Of a stretch of DNA of 64,000 nucleotides, positions 10,173 through 20,106 are shown piece after piece (positions within the stretch are counted from its first letter, which is position 1; each line of letters starts with the position of its first letter). The notes below the pieces were generated by a model. That model saw nothing but the letters and a program-made list of their open reading frames with translations, did not search any database and was not told where the DNA came from. The translations under genes and the position numbers were made by a program. The DNA comes from Planctomycetota bacterium (GTDB taxonomy: Bacteria; Planctomycetota; UBA8108; SXIK01). Location of the stretch: contig OZ244999.1 in NCBI GenBank assembly GCA_965223265.1, forward strand, positions 7,680,001-7,744,000, in the 5' to 3' direction.

Positions 10173-11336
10173 TCACGGGCGGGGTTTGAGGATCGCACTC
10201 TCGTCGAATTCGTAGTGCAGGATCGTCGTGCGGTGATTGGTCGTGCAGATCACGTGAATCGTGCCATCCTTTCCCTGAATCGCGTAGGGATAGGCGAACG
10301 TATTGTTTCCTGTGCCGAGCTGACGGCGATGCGGATAAGTCTTGTCGCCGTCCGTCGAAATTGCGGCCGTCAAGGGAGTCCGCTGGTTCATGCTGTCGTT
10401 GTACACCAGCAGTAAGTGGCCGCTTTGCAGTCGAATAAAATCGACTGCGGAATTCGGGTTTGGAAACCGTGTGTTCTTCGCGTCGCTCCACGTGTTGCCA
10501 CCGTCGTGGGATTCAGCGCGTAGCAACCATCCCTCCTGCGTCGGCTCATAATTCCCACCGCGGCGCAGGTAACAGACGAGATGCTGGTCCGTGAGTGGCG
10601 CCACCTGAGCTTGCAGATTCCCAGTGGGCGAGGCTATGCGGTTCGTCTCACGCCATGTCTTCGTCTTCGGTGAGTAGCGCATGAAGAATGACATGGACTC
10701 AGGACCGACCTCTTCCCGATCGCTGCCGGTCTCTTTGTAAAGCGGCAGGAGATAGTCACCATCGGCGAGAACGATCGGCTGTCCGCGCGCCATCGTGCCC
10801 TCTTCCATGGTCAACATGAACGAATCGGACCAAGTCCTAGCTCCGTCGCGCGACAGCTTACCCTTGACACGCGCAGTCGACCAGGTCGCGCCATAGCGGT
10901 TGACGTAGAAGAGCCAGACGACGCCGTCCGGTGCCTGCCACACCACCGGGTTGCCTTCCGAGCGATCGGGAGTGTCTGCGATCGCGCGAGGTGTTGACCA
11001 AGCCACACCACCGCGGCGGCGACGCGCGCCGTAGACAGCGGTGTCATCACCGTACTCTCCCGAGCCGCCATAAAACGTCAAGTAAAGATCGCCGTTCGCC
11101 AGCTCCGTGATCGAGGCGGGATGTTTGTATCTGCCGCCAGGTTGCTCGACGCCGAAGACGCGAGTGATGCGGATCTCCGCCGCCGCAAGCGAGTGCGAAG
11201 CACCCAGCATCAGCACGGCAAGCGAAACCACCGCGAATTGACTTAACGACCGCGCCCCACAGATCACGGGCGCCCTTACGAACTGCGACCAGCACGTCGA
11301 TTGATCCTGCGTCCGCGGGTGAGTCCTCATAGTCAA
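10173..11336 (-). CDS. BNR/Asp-box sialidase-like beta-propeller protein
   Basis: HPASITELANGDL, GNPV, Asp-boxes SRDGARTW, SHDGGNTW, STDGDKTY, plus PNPNS and FAYP; AGGAG RBS before the TTG start. Confidence 0.85.
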   Translation of the reverse strand: MTMRTHPRTQDQSTCWSQFVRAPVICGARSLSQFAVVSLAVLMLGASHSLAAAEIRITRVFGVEQPGGRYKHPASITELANGDLYLTFYGGSGEYGDDTAVYGARRRRGGVAWSTPRAIADTPDRSEGNPVVWQAPDGVVWLFYVNRYGATWSTARVKGKLSRDGARTWSDSFMLTMEEGTMARGQPIVLADGDYLLPLYKETGSDREEVGPESMSFFMRYSPKTKTWRETNRIASPTGNLQAQVAPLTDQHLVCYLRRGGNYEPTQEGWLLRAESHDGGNTWSDAKNTRFPNPNSAVDFIRLQSGHLLLVYNDSMNQRTPLTAAISTDGDKTYPHRRQLGTGNNTFAYPYAIQGKDGTIHVICTTNHRTTILHYEFDESAILKPRP

Positions 11337-11348
11337 CGTCCGTCTCCT

Positions 11349-12659
11349 TTAGCTTGCATCTCCTTTTTCCTCAACCTCGGGTCGCCAAGTCGATCCATCG
11401 AAGGCATGCATCTCGAGCTTGGCGTCCGCTTCGATCACGAGCAGTCTATTGTACTTGCTCAAGCGCTCTGACTGTCGGACCGATCCAACCTTGATTTGAT
11501 CGCCGCCCCAGCCAACGGCCAAATCGGCTAACCAAGAATCTTCAGTCTCGCCGCTGCGTGCGCTCACGGTCACCCTCCAGTCGGCCGAACGCGCCAGGCA
11601 AAGCGCCTCGCATGCCTCGCTCACTGTGCCGACTTGATTGACCTTGAGGAGGAGTGCGTCGGCGGCGCTGAGCTCGATCGCGCGCCGGATGCGGTCCGTA
11701 TGAGTGCACAAGAGATCGTCGCCAAGGACCATGACCCGTCCCGCGACCTGTCGCCGCAGCCGTCTCCACCCCTCCCAGTCCTCCTCCCCCAGACCATCCT
11801 CGACACTCACGATCGGATAGGCATCGATCCACCCCATGAGGCGTTCGATCATCGCGTCGGTCGTGAGAACTTCACGACCGAGCCGGTAAACTCCGTCGAC
11901 AAAGAAGTGGCTCGATGCCACGTCCACCGCCAGCGCGACGTCGCGCCCTGGCTCGAAACCGGCGCCACGTATCGACTCCACAGCGTCGTCGAGCATGTCC
12001 TCGACGCTCGCGAACGGCGGCGCCAAGCCGCCTTCGTCCGCCGTAAGCGCGCGCATGCCGTAGCGCTCGCGAACGAGATCTTCGGCTGCGGAGTAGACCG
12101 CTGCGACCGTCTCGAGTGCTTCGTCCATACTTGAGGGACGCAGCGGCGCGACGAGCACATCCTGAACGGCGACCTGCATCCCCGCGTGGTGGCCACCACT
12201 GAAAAGGTTCACTGTCAGCGCCGGCAGGTGGAGCGGGCGCGGTGCCGAAGCGAGCTGCGCGAAGTACTCGTAGAGCTCGATTCCCTGCTCGCGAGCCGCG
12301 GCGCGGGCGAACGCAAGCGAAACAGCGAGTGCGGCGTTGGCCCCGAGTCGCGACTTCTGGTCCGTCCCGTCGATGGCACACAAAGCCTCGTCGAGCTGCT
12401 TCTGACCGGTGAACACATGACCCCGTAGTCGGGCGCCGAATTCCGTCGCGATCGAAGCGGCCGCCTGGCGGCAACCGAACCCGCCGTAGCGACGCCCGTC
12501 GTCGCGACGCTCGATGGCTTCGGCCCGTCCACGCGACGCGCCCGAGGGCACCGAGGCCTCTGCGCTCACGCCACTGCCGAGCGTGCAGCGCGCCAGAAGC
12601 GTCGGGCGGCCTCGACTGTCGAGGATTTCGAAACCTTGGAGTTGTTGAATCGAAGTCAC
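11349..12659 (-). CDS. eno: Enolase (phosphopyruvate hydratase), divergent paralog
   Basis: EILDSRGRPT, VPSGASRG, ADEGG, DVASS, EDG, GDDL, KVNQVGT, SARSGETED, SERLSKYN; GTG start at 12659 chosen by fit to the enolase N-terminus (ORF track starts 12716). Confidence 0.88.
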   Translation of the reverse strand: MTSIQQLQGFEILDSRGRPTLLARCTLGSGVSAEASVPSGASRGRAEAIERRDDGRRYGGFGCRQAAASIATEFGARLRGHVFTGQKQLDEALCAIDGTDQKSRLGANAALAVSLAFARAAAREQGIELYEYFAQLASAPRPLHLPALTVNLFSGGHHAGMQVAVQDVLVAPLRPSSMDEALETVAAVYSAAEDLVRERYGMRALTADEGGLAPPFASVEDMLDDAVESIRGAGFEPGRDVALAVDVASSHFFVDGVYRLGREVLTTDAMIERLMGWIDAYPIVSVEDGLGEEDWEGWRRLRRQVAGRVMVLGDDLLCTHTDRIRRAIELSAADALLLKVNQVGTVSEACEALCLARSADWRVTVSARSGETEDSWLADLAVGWGGDQIKVGSVRQSERLSKYNRLLVIEADAKLEMHAFDGSTWRPEVEEKGDAS

Positions 12660-13367
12660 ACCGTGAAACCGGTCTAGATGGCTCGGAGTGATGCTGGGGG
12701 TAGGTCGAATCGACACGAATCGAGGAGGTGCTAGGCTGCGCCCGGTGCCGCGCGCGAGGCGGCTCGATCCTGTCAGACCGCCGTAGACCGAGCAAGGACA
12801 ATTCGCCGCCTGTCAAAGTCTTTGTGATAAGGACGAACCCAACAAACACCACAGAATCACAACATGCTTGTCAAAAAGCGGCCCGAACCGTGCAGAATCG
12901 ACTGGCACACCATGTGCTCTACCTCTCTCGCAATTGGTCTGGAACCCTGATCCCCAGCGCATCGGGAACCGATCGGTAAGACATCCCGGCCACCGGGAGA
13001 CTCCGTAGGGTGGCTCTGCCGCCGCAGACGAGCGATCAACTGTTTCTTATTGTTGTAGTTACAGTGACGGACACAGGCCCGACGTCCATGCTTCATCTGC
13101 AGCTCACGAGACGAACGGCGGAGATCCGGGCGGGCTTTGTTCATCCCAGACTCTGAAGCCTTCCCTGTCGAGCGAGCGAGCGCCCAAACGCGGTGGAATC
13201 AGGGGCCAGACCATTCCTCTCCACTCCGCGCGTTCGCCGCCACCCCTGTCGTCGGGTTTCTCGGCGTCGCCGGATGTGCCATCATCGCGATGATCCGCAC
13301 TTTTCCCTGCGCAGCCCGCAGTGGATCCACACGCTCCAACGCGTCCTGCCGAACGCTAAAACGCCAA

Positions 13368-16300
13368 ATGCCACACAGACAGCGGTTTCTCACTCCTTGG
13401 CTGAGCAAGCTCCTTCTCGGAGGACTCGTGGGAGTGCTCTGCCTGACCGCAGTGCCGGCTCACTGTCAGCTGCCGTTTCGGCTGCGACTCGACGACCCGG
13501 AAAGCCGCGGCCCGCTTCTTCTCCTGGCTGCCCCTGGCCACCACGAAGCGGGCGCCGCGCTCGCCAGCGCCGGGGACGTCAACGGAGACGGCACCGAAGA
13601 CCTCCTCATCGGCGAGCCCTTTGGGACAGGACGCGTCTTTCTCCTTTTTGGGGCGCGCCCATCAACGCTGCGCCAGACGCTCAAGCCGATCCACGGCGAG
13701 ATCGTCGAAATCCGTACCGGATCGCTCGACGATGACGGCTTCGGTAGCTTGGTCGCGGCGGCTGGCGACGTCAACGACGACGGCTTCGACGACTTCCTTC
13801 TCGGCACGCCGCTAGGCTTCCCGGGAGAAGAGCGCCCCGGCGTAGCTCTCCTCCTCGGCTCAGACCGGCTTCCCAGTGTTCTCGACTTGAGCACGGATCT
13901 GGTGCGTCACGGCCTCTACTTGACGACGCTCGCGGGAGAGGGTGCGAGTGGCTTCTCGGCCTCTGCCGTCGGGGATGTGAATGGGGATTCCATCGACGAC
14001 TTCGCGATCGGTATCCGCGATGGAATCGGCATCGAAGCGCCCAATCTCGGCGTACCCACCGGAAAGGTCGCGGTGGTGTTCGGCACGCCGTTCATCTCAG
14101 AGCCGCCGGGTGGTCTTGACCTTTTGAGTCTCGAGCTCGAGGCGCTGGCCCTCGCTGGCGCAGCTCACATTATCCAAGGACCAGCGGCGAACAGCGCCTT
14201 CGGTGCCGCTCTGAGCTTCGCTGGCGATGTCGACGGCGATGGCAACGACGACTTTCTCGCCGGTGCGCCGGAAGCAGGCGCGGGCGGAGAAGCTTTTATT
14301 CTCTTTGGCGATGGCGTGGCCCCACTGCCCAACGTCGCCGCTGCGGACGGGGACCGCGTTGTTCGCTTGACGACGCAAGCCCCCGAGTGGAACGGCTCAC
14401 GACTCGGCGCCGCCGTCGCAGCTGGCTTCGATGCGGATCGCGACGGAATCCCGGACCTCCTGTTGGGGCTGCCGGAGTGGGGAGACGACCGCGGACCGTC
14501 CGGCGCAGCATTTTTCGTCGCTGGCGGATCGGCCTTGCGCCAAAGCGCGGTCGTGACACTGCCGACAAACACGACCGGGGTTTTTCGCGGGCGCGCGGCC
14601 GAACGAGCGGCAAGTGCCGTGTGCTTTGTTCCAGACCTCGACGGTGACAGCGCCGCGGAGCTGCTGTTGGGGGCGCCTGGACAATTCGAAGGGCGTGGCG
14701 GCGCATACCTTGTCTATAGCGACGTCCACGGCGGCAGCGATGAGTTTCTCTCCGACCTCGGCGCGAGCGAGAGTGCTCGCTTCCTCGCCGACACGCTCGG
14801 AGCGCGCGTCGGCACCTCCGTCGCCGGTTTGCATGACACCAACGGCGACGGTCGAGGCGAACCGGTGATCGGCGCGCCTGGACTCAAGATGCGGGAAGAG
14901 AGCGGCGTTGGCACCGTCTTCGTCACCTTCGTGCGCGACGAGGCGACGACGAACGCCCCTCGCGATCTGCGCGCCAACCTTTTGGCCGGTGGCCGTGTCA
15001 ACCTCACGTGGACCGTCACCGCGCAGCATCAGTTCCTCAATGTTTTTCGTGATGACGCTGCGACGCCGCTGAACTCCAGCCCGCTGCCGGGCCATCTCAT
15101 GGAGTTTACAGACGTTGACGTGGAATTCGGCGAGCATACGTACATCGTCGAGGCGGATGGTGATGTAGAACGTCGTTCCAATTCAGCGCGCGTGCTCGTG
15201 CGACGACTGCCAGTTCGCGATCTGCTCTGCCAGCAGGTCGAGTCACGCGACGTCCTCGTTTCTTGGACCCTCGCGGATCGCTACGACGCACTCGAAGTCA
15301 GGGTCGACGGCAATCCTGTCGTGACGCTGCCGCCTTTCGCTACGGAGGTTCGATTGACCTCCGTACCTGTGGGCGAACACATCATCGAAGTCATCGACCC
15401 GCTATCGCCTCCGCCGCCGCCGAGAGCCTCCTGCTTCATAGAAGTGATCGAGCGGGTGACTCCGCCCATCGGCCCTTTGACGTGTGAGCGCGTCGGCGAC
15501 GGGGTGTCGATCGCGTGGCCTCCAGTGTCCGACTACTTCGCCCTCGTTGTGATCCGCAGCGGCGTCGCCATAGCCTCCCTCCGCCCAGCGGAGACCACGT
15601 TTTTCGATCCCGACCCTCCGACGGGATCGCTTCGCTACCGAGTCGTCGGTCTCTCGCGTGACGGTCACGTGGGTGCTTCGACGGAATGTACGGTTGAGAT
15701 CGCCGAGCCGCCACCACCGCGCGTCCGCGGCCGCGTCCGATTCCGCGATCGTTCCGGCAACGTTCAGCGCGGCCGCGTTTTTGTGCTCGATGCGGGCGGC
15801 GACCTCGTCGGCAGCAGTCAGGTAGATCCCCGCGGCTCGTTCGCGATCCCGGTGCCGTCCGGCGAACCCGTCTCTCTCCGCTTCGAAGCGGTGGTCGGCG
15901 GCGAGGTCACACCGAACTTGGTCTTTCCTGGTGGCGTGCTCGTCGCCACTACGGACCTGCGACCAGTCGGCGAGTCGCTCCGCGTCATCGAGCTGCCACT
16001 GCCCGTGCTCCTCCTGACTTCGCGCAGCGGCGAATCCGATCAGCGGGTCGACGCTGCCGCGCGCTGGGCACCCCTCACCTCCAGCCTCGAGTCGGTCGTA
16101 GATCGTGCCGAGGGAAACGAACTGAACGCCTTGGTCTACCCAGCGGTGTTGCCGGCAGGGGCCGGACGTGGCGCTGTCGCTCTAGATCGAGCCCAGAGGC
16201 GAGTTCGCGCTCACCTACGGGAACAGCTGGGCAATGCGCCTTCAAAATCCGACATCGTCGCGTTCGGTGCCGCGGGACTAGCCACTAGGCTTTATCTTTC

Positions 16301-18143
16301 ATCGCAGCCGGACGGAGCTGTCGCTCGCGCGGTGTTCCTCGGTACACCTCACCTGGGCACTGCCCGAGCGGAGATCGAACTGCGCAGCGAGTTCGCAACC
16401 CTGCCGCTGAACGACTTGCCGCTCGAAATCGATGCTGCTCTGTTGGAAGACCTCGCCTCTCGGTTCGCCGCGGCCGGTGAACAGACACCGGCTTTTCTGC
16501 GACGTTTCAATGAGCGCGTCGTTGACTCTCGCGGAGCTGAAGTGCACCTCGTCGCTGGTAACGCAGGCCGCGACGCGCTGGATGCCATTTTGCGCTGCGA
16601 CGATCACGACAATCGCGTTTGCGTTTCAAGCGCTCTCGGTGGTCCGGGCGCACAGCTCCACGTCGTAGCAGAAGCCCACGACACATTGGGGCGCGGAGCG
16701 GAGTCCGTCACGCTCGTCGTCGAAGAGATTCTGGGACTCGACACAAACGCCGCGGAGACGCCCTTCGCGCCGGTCGAACTCGCCGCTCCGGCAGGTGTCG
16801 ACGGCGCCGGAGGCGGTGTCGGCTCAAGCTATGAACTCGGCACCTTCTTCTCCGGCGTTCTGGAGCCTGGCCTGACCGCTGACCTCATTCTCCTCTCCGA
16901 CACTTCCGATTCGATCATCGTGATCTTCAACGCCAAGCTTCCCGGTGGCGTTAACTTCAGTTTGATCACACCGACCGGCGACGTCATCACGCCGGCAACC
17001 TCCGCGGGCTTTCCGGGAGTTGAGTACCAAACCTATAGCGACGGTGAAGGGCACCAGGTGCAGCTCTACGAGCTCAGCTCCGCTAGCCCCGGCACCTATC
17101 GATCGCTGCTGGAGAACCCCGCCGAAAACGTCCCGATCTCTTACACCGTCGAACTCTACAGCACGACCGACACCGACCTGAGCCTCGCCCTCGAGCCGCC
17201 GGAGGTCGATGCGGTCGGCACTTCGATTCTTGGCGCGACGCTGACCAGCGGCGGCACCCCGCTGCTCGGTGCGAACGTGACAGCGGAGATTTGGCGCCCC
17301 AATACCCAGCTCGAGATTCTCTCGCTCAATGACACGGGCGCCGACGGCGACGCGATAGCAGGCGACGGTGTCTACTCAGGGAGCGTCGATGCGGCCGGAC
17401 AGGCCGGCTTCCATTTGCTCGAAGTGACGGCTCGCGATGGTGTGGGCACGTTCAACCGCCAGCGAAGCATCCAACTCGAAGTCCGCTCGGAGGCGGCGCA
17501 CTTCATGGGCGCGGTCACAACGGGCGCGAACGGCGACGGCGGCGGCTCCCTCGATTCCATCTGGGTCGAAGTAGGCGTCGAGAACTTCGAGGCAGGGATC
17601 TTCGCGGTTGCCGGCGGTCTCACGACGCTTGATGGCCAGGAGGTCGCAACAGCACACACCCTGGTAGAGATTCCACAGCCGGACTCCTCTCAGGTGACAC
17701 TCAGTTTTTCAGGCGAGCGCATCTTCGCCTCGCAGCTCTCCGGTCCGTACGTGCTCGCCTGGATGGAGCTCTTCGATGCCAACGCCCAATACGTCACCGC
17801 TGAGCGGCTCGAAGACGTAGTCCAGACCGTCGACTACTCGTGGGAAGATTTCGGAGGTCTTGGCACCGATCCGTTCAGAAGAGGAGATGCGAACGCCGAC
17901 GCCGGCCTCGACATCTCGGATGCGATCCACGTGCTCCTCTTCCTCTTCACGGGCGAAGCGAGCGTCGATTGCTTGGATGCAGCCGACGTTGACGCGAGCA
18001 TCGACATCGACATCTCAGACCCCATCTTCCTTCTGAACTACCTATTCGTCGGCCAAGACATCTCACCTCCGATGCCGCTGGGTGAGTGCGGCGCCAGCCA
18101 CTTCCTCGGCTGTGACGACTACGGACTCTGTGCTGACGGCTAA
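13368..18143 (+). CDS. Large secreted protein: FG-GAP/integrin-alpha propeller, Fn3/Ig-like repeats, degenerate alpha/beta-hydrolase, choice-of-anchor-X-like motif, C-terminal dockerin-like domain
   Basis: Repeated AGDVNGDG..DLLIG motifs; DIVAFGAAG..FLGTPHLG; LNDTGADGDAIAGDGVYSG; FRRGDANADAGLDISDA; ATG 13368 precedes a signal peptide. Confidence 0.85.
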   Translation: MPHRQRFLTPWLSKLLLGGLVGVLCLTAVPAHCQLPFRLRLDDPESRGPLLLLAAPGHHEAGAALASAGDVNGDGTEDLLIGEPFGTGRVFLLFGARPSTLRQTLKPIHGEIVEIRTGSLDDDGFGSLVAAAGDVNDDGFDDFLLGTPLGFPGEERPGVALLLGSDRLPSVLDLSTDLVRHGLYLTTLAGEGASGFSASAVGDVNGDSIDDFAIGIRDGIGIEAPNLGVPTGKVAVVFGTPFISEPPGGLDLLSLELEALALAGAAHIIQGPAANSAFGAALSFAGDVDGDGNDDFLAGAPEAGAGGEAFILFGDGVAPLPNVAAADGDRVVRLTTQAPEWNGSRLGAAVAAGFDADRDGIPDLLLGLPEWGDDRGPSGAAFFVAGGSALRQSAVVTLPTNTTGVFRGRAAERAASAVCFVPDLDGDSAAELLLGAPGQFEGRGGAYLVYSDVHGGSDEFLSDLGASESARFLADTLGARVGTSVAGLHDTNGDGRGEPVIGAPGLKMREESGVGTVFVTFVRDEATTNAPRDLRANLLAGGRVNLTWTVTAQHQFLNVFRDDAATPLNSSPLPGHLMEFTDVDVEFGEHTYIVEADGDVERRSNSARVLVRRLPVRDLLCQQVESRDVLVSWTLADRYDALEVRVDGNPVVTLPPFATEVRLTSVPVGEHIIEVIDPLSPPPPPRASCFIEVIERVTPPIGPLTCERVGDGVSIAWPPVSDYFALVVIRSGVAIASLRPAETTFFDPDPPTGSLRYRVVGLSRDGHVGASTECTVEIAEPPPPRVRGRVRFRDRSGNVQRGRVFVLDAGGDLVGSSQVDPRGSFAIPVPSGEPVSLRFEAVVGGEVTPNLVFPGGVLVATTDLRPVGESLRVIELPLPVLLLTSRSGESDQRVDAAARWAPLTSSLESVVDRAEGNELNALVYPAVLPAGAGRGAVALDRAQRRVRAHLREQLGNAPSKSDIVAFGAAGLATRLYLSSQPDGAVARAVFLGTPHLGTARAEIELRSEFATLPLNDLPLEIDAALLEDLASRFAAAGEQTPAFLRRFNERVVDSRGAEVHLVAGNAGRDALDAILRCDDHDNRVCVSSALGGPGAQLHVVAEAHDTLGRGAESVTLVVEEILGLDTNAAETPFAPVELAAPAGVDGAGGGVGSSYELGTFFSGVLEPGLTADLILLSDTSDSIIVIFNAKLPGGVNFSLITPTGDVITPATSAGFPGVEYQTYSDGEGHQVQLYELSSASPGTYRSLLENPAENVPISYTVELYSTTDTDLSLALEPPEVDAVGTSILGATLTSGGTPLLGANVTAEIWRPNTQLEILSLNDTGADGDAIAGDGVYSGSVDAAGQAGFHLLEVTARDGVGTFNRQRSIQLEVRSEAAHFMGAVTTGANGDGGGSLDSIWVEVGVENFEAGIFAVAGGLTTLDGQEVATAHTLVEIPQPDSSQVTLSFSGERIFASQLSGPYVLAWMELFDANAQYVTAERLEDVVQTVDYSWEDFGGLGTDPFRRGDANADAGLDISDAIHVLLFLFTGEASVDCLDAADVDASIDIDISDPIFLLNYLFVGQDISPPMPLGECGASHFLGCDDYGLCADG

Positions 18144-18211
18144 CACCCCGCGATGGCGTGTTCAGTGACTCAGCCACTTTTGACCTGACGGCCCGGTGAG
18201 AAAGCGCTTTT

Positions 18212-18895
18212 TCACACTGTTGGGTCCGCCTCGAGCGCGTCGACGCGCTCAGCCAGAGCATGCAGCTCAGCGCGCAGGCTCGCCACCTCTTCTTCGAGAG
18301 CGGAAGACCTCGCGGAACGCGGGCGATCGCCGACCTCCACGGACGCTTCAGGCGTATCGTCGACGCCAATCGTCGGTGCGTGGGGCTCGTCAGCAGCGTA
18401 GAGCGTGTGCATGAACTTGACGCCACGCTTTCTGCCTGGCGGTGACTGTCGTGCCGCGAGCGGTGGTTCGCGTTCCATGAGCGAACGGAGAGTTTCGTCT
18501 ACGTCCGCCAGACTCTCGAGCTTGACCATGCGACTGGCGCGTTGGCGCAGCTCCCCATCGGTCTGCGGGCCTCGAAGCAGCAGCTCCGCGAGCACTGCGT
18601 TTTCTTTAGGCGAGAGCGATAGCACGTCGGCGCAGCACTGCCGCCAACGATCGACCCGTGAGCCGACGGATCGCACCTGCACCACGAGACCGCGCTCGCG
18701 GAGCGCGTCGAGCGTGTCGAGGACGAGCCCTTCGTCTAGGCAGGAGACGGGATCTCGACAGCTCTTCTGATTACAGCCGTTGACAAGGCTATTCAGCGAC
18801 AACGGGCACTGCTCTGGCGTCGTGTACGCCTTCTCGACCAGCGTGCCCAAAACACGGCGCTCCTCGAAATTGAGCGACAGAGAGTCCGCTGCCAT
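18212..18895 (-). CDS. DUF480 / YceH family winged-helix protein
   Basis: ERRVLGTLVEK..TTPEQCPLSLNSLVNGCNQKSCRDPV and LLLRGPQTDGELR; GGAGGA RBS upstream of ATG 18895. Confidence 0.9.
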   Translation of the reverse strand: MAADSLSLNFEERRVLGTLVEKAYTTPEQCPLSLNSLVNGCNQKSCRDPVSCLDEGLVLDTLDALRERGLVVQVRSVGSRVDRWRQCCADVLSLSPKENAVLAELLLRGPQTDGELRQRASRMVKLESLADVDETLRSLMEREPPLAARQSPPGRKRGVKFMHTLYAADEPHAPTIGVDDTPEASVEVGDRPRSARSSALEEEVASLRAELHALAERVDALEADPTV

Positions 18896-19017
18896 AAGCG
18901 ATCCTCCGATTGATGACAACCCTACGGTACGTCGACCTGGAGGCAACTGCCACTCAAAAAAAAGAGAGGCACAGTAGTACGATGCGTGCGACACAAAGGC
19001 TCGCACGGGGCGCTCAT

Positions 19018-19740
19018 CTATTTCTTCTCTCTCTCGGGCTTCGGCACTTCGCGGTAGAAAACGAAGAAACGAAGCACAAAAGCGAAGTAGATCACAGAAA
19101 CGGCCAGCCAAGAAACACCCACGACGTTGGGCGGCACACCCGTGATCTGAGCGAATACTTGAGCATCGTTCTCAAGATTGCCAGCGCTGCTCTCAAGAAG
19201 TACGTCGCCGTAGATATCAAAAATCGAGTACAAGCAACTGATGGTTCCGAGCACCTGCAAGACAAGCGAAGAGAGAAAAGGCGGGGCGAGAAGACCCAGA
19301 AAAATAAACGTCGCTGCCAGTCCCGTCGCGAACGTACGCGAAAACGGATCGCGTAGGACCGTGAAGATGGCGGCCGCGAGCGTCAGAGTCAAAACAGTGT
19401 AGACAATCGGCGCCGACTCTTTGAACTTGGAGAAGTAGAGGAGGAAACCTCCGAAAAGCATACTGCCGAGGTATCCTGCGCTGACGATCAGCGCCACGAT
19501 GCCGCCTTCGGTCTCACACAGGCCGCCCTCGCTTTGGGTGATGGCGATACTGACGACCTGGCCCCCCGTCAGGAGCGCCATGAGGCCATGACTCATCTCG
19601 TGCAGGAGCACGACCATGATCTTCACGGGCTGAATGATCGGCGATGTCCACATCGCAAACACCGCACAGATCACAAAGCACTGGAAGACCAGGCGAGTGA
19701 CGGAGACACCGGTTGTGTATTCGGCCGAAGGAGTCGACAT
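19018..19740 (-). CDS. M50B-family membrane metallopeptidase
   Basis: VLLHEMSHGL (HExxH), SAGYLG, NDA motif and several transmembrane segments. Confidence 0.85.
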   Translation of the reverse strand: MSTPSAEYTTGVSVTRLVFQCFVICAVFAMWTSPIIQPVKIMVVLLHEMSHGLMALLTGGQVVSIAITQSEGGLCETEGGIVALIVSAGYLGSMLFGGFLLYFSKFKESAPIVYTVLTLTLAAAIFTVLRDPFSRTFATGLAATFIFLGLLAPPFLSSLVLQVLGTISCLYSIFDIYGDVLLESSAGNLENDAQVFAQITGVPPNVVGVSWLAVSVIYFAFVLRFFVFYREVPKPEREKK

Positions 19741-20106
19741 ATTCTTCGCTAGTTATGAAGTCTTTGGCTGTCCCGCTGAGCAAGAATACAACGATCTGAG
19801 GCGGTCGTCCGCTGACGATCCCGTCTACATATCGGAACTACGAGGCAGCCCAGAGAGATCTGGAGAGAGGAGGTATGAGGCCGGCATGCGCTGCGCAGCC
19901 AACCGAAGTGTTTCGTTGGTGGAGAAGGTAGGGATTCCCGCCAGGTGAATGTTCGACGCACCGACGGAACGAGGAATTCACAAGCTGCTAGCAGGACTCG
20001 GAAGCGATCGATCGGCGCACGTGGGTGGTCCGATAAAATGGTCCGTTCGCCCTTGAATTCGACCGGTCACGGGTCAATACTTCCCCCTCGCCTGAGACAG
20101 ACGCGA

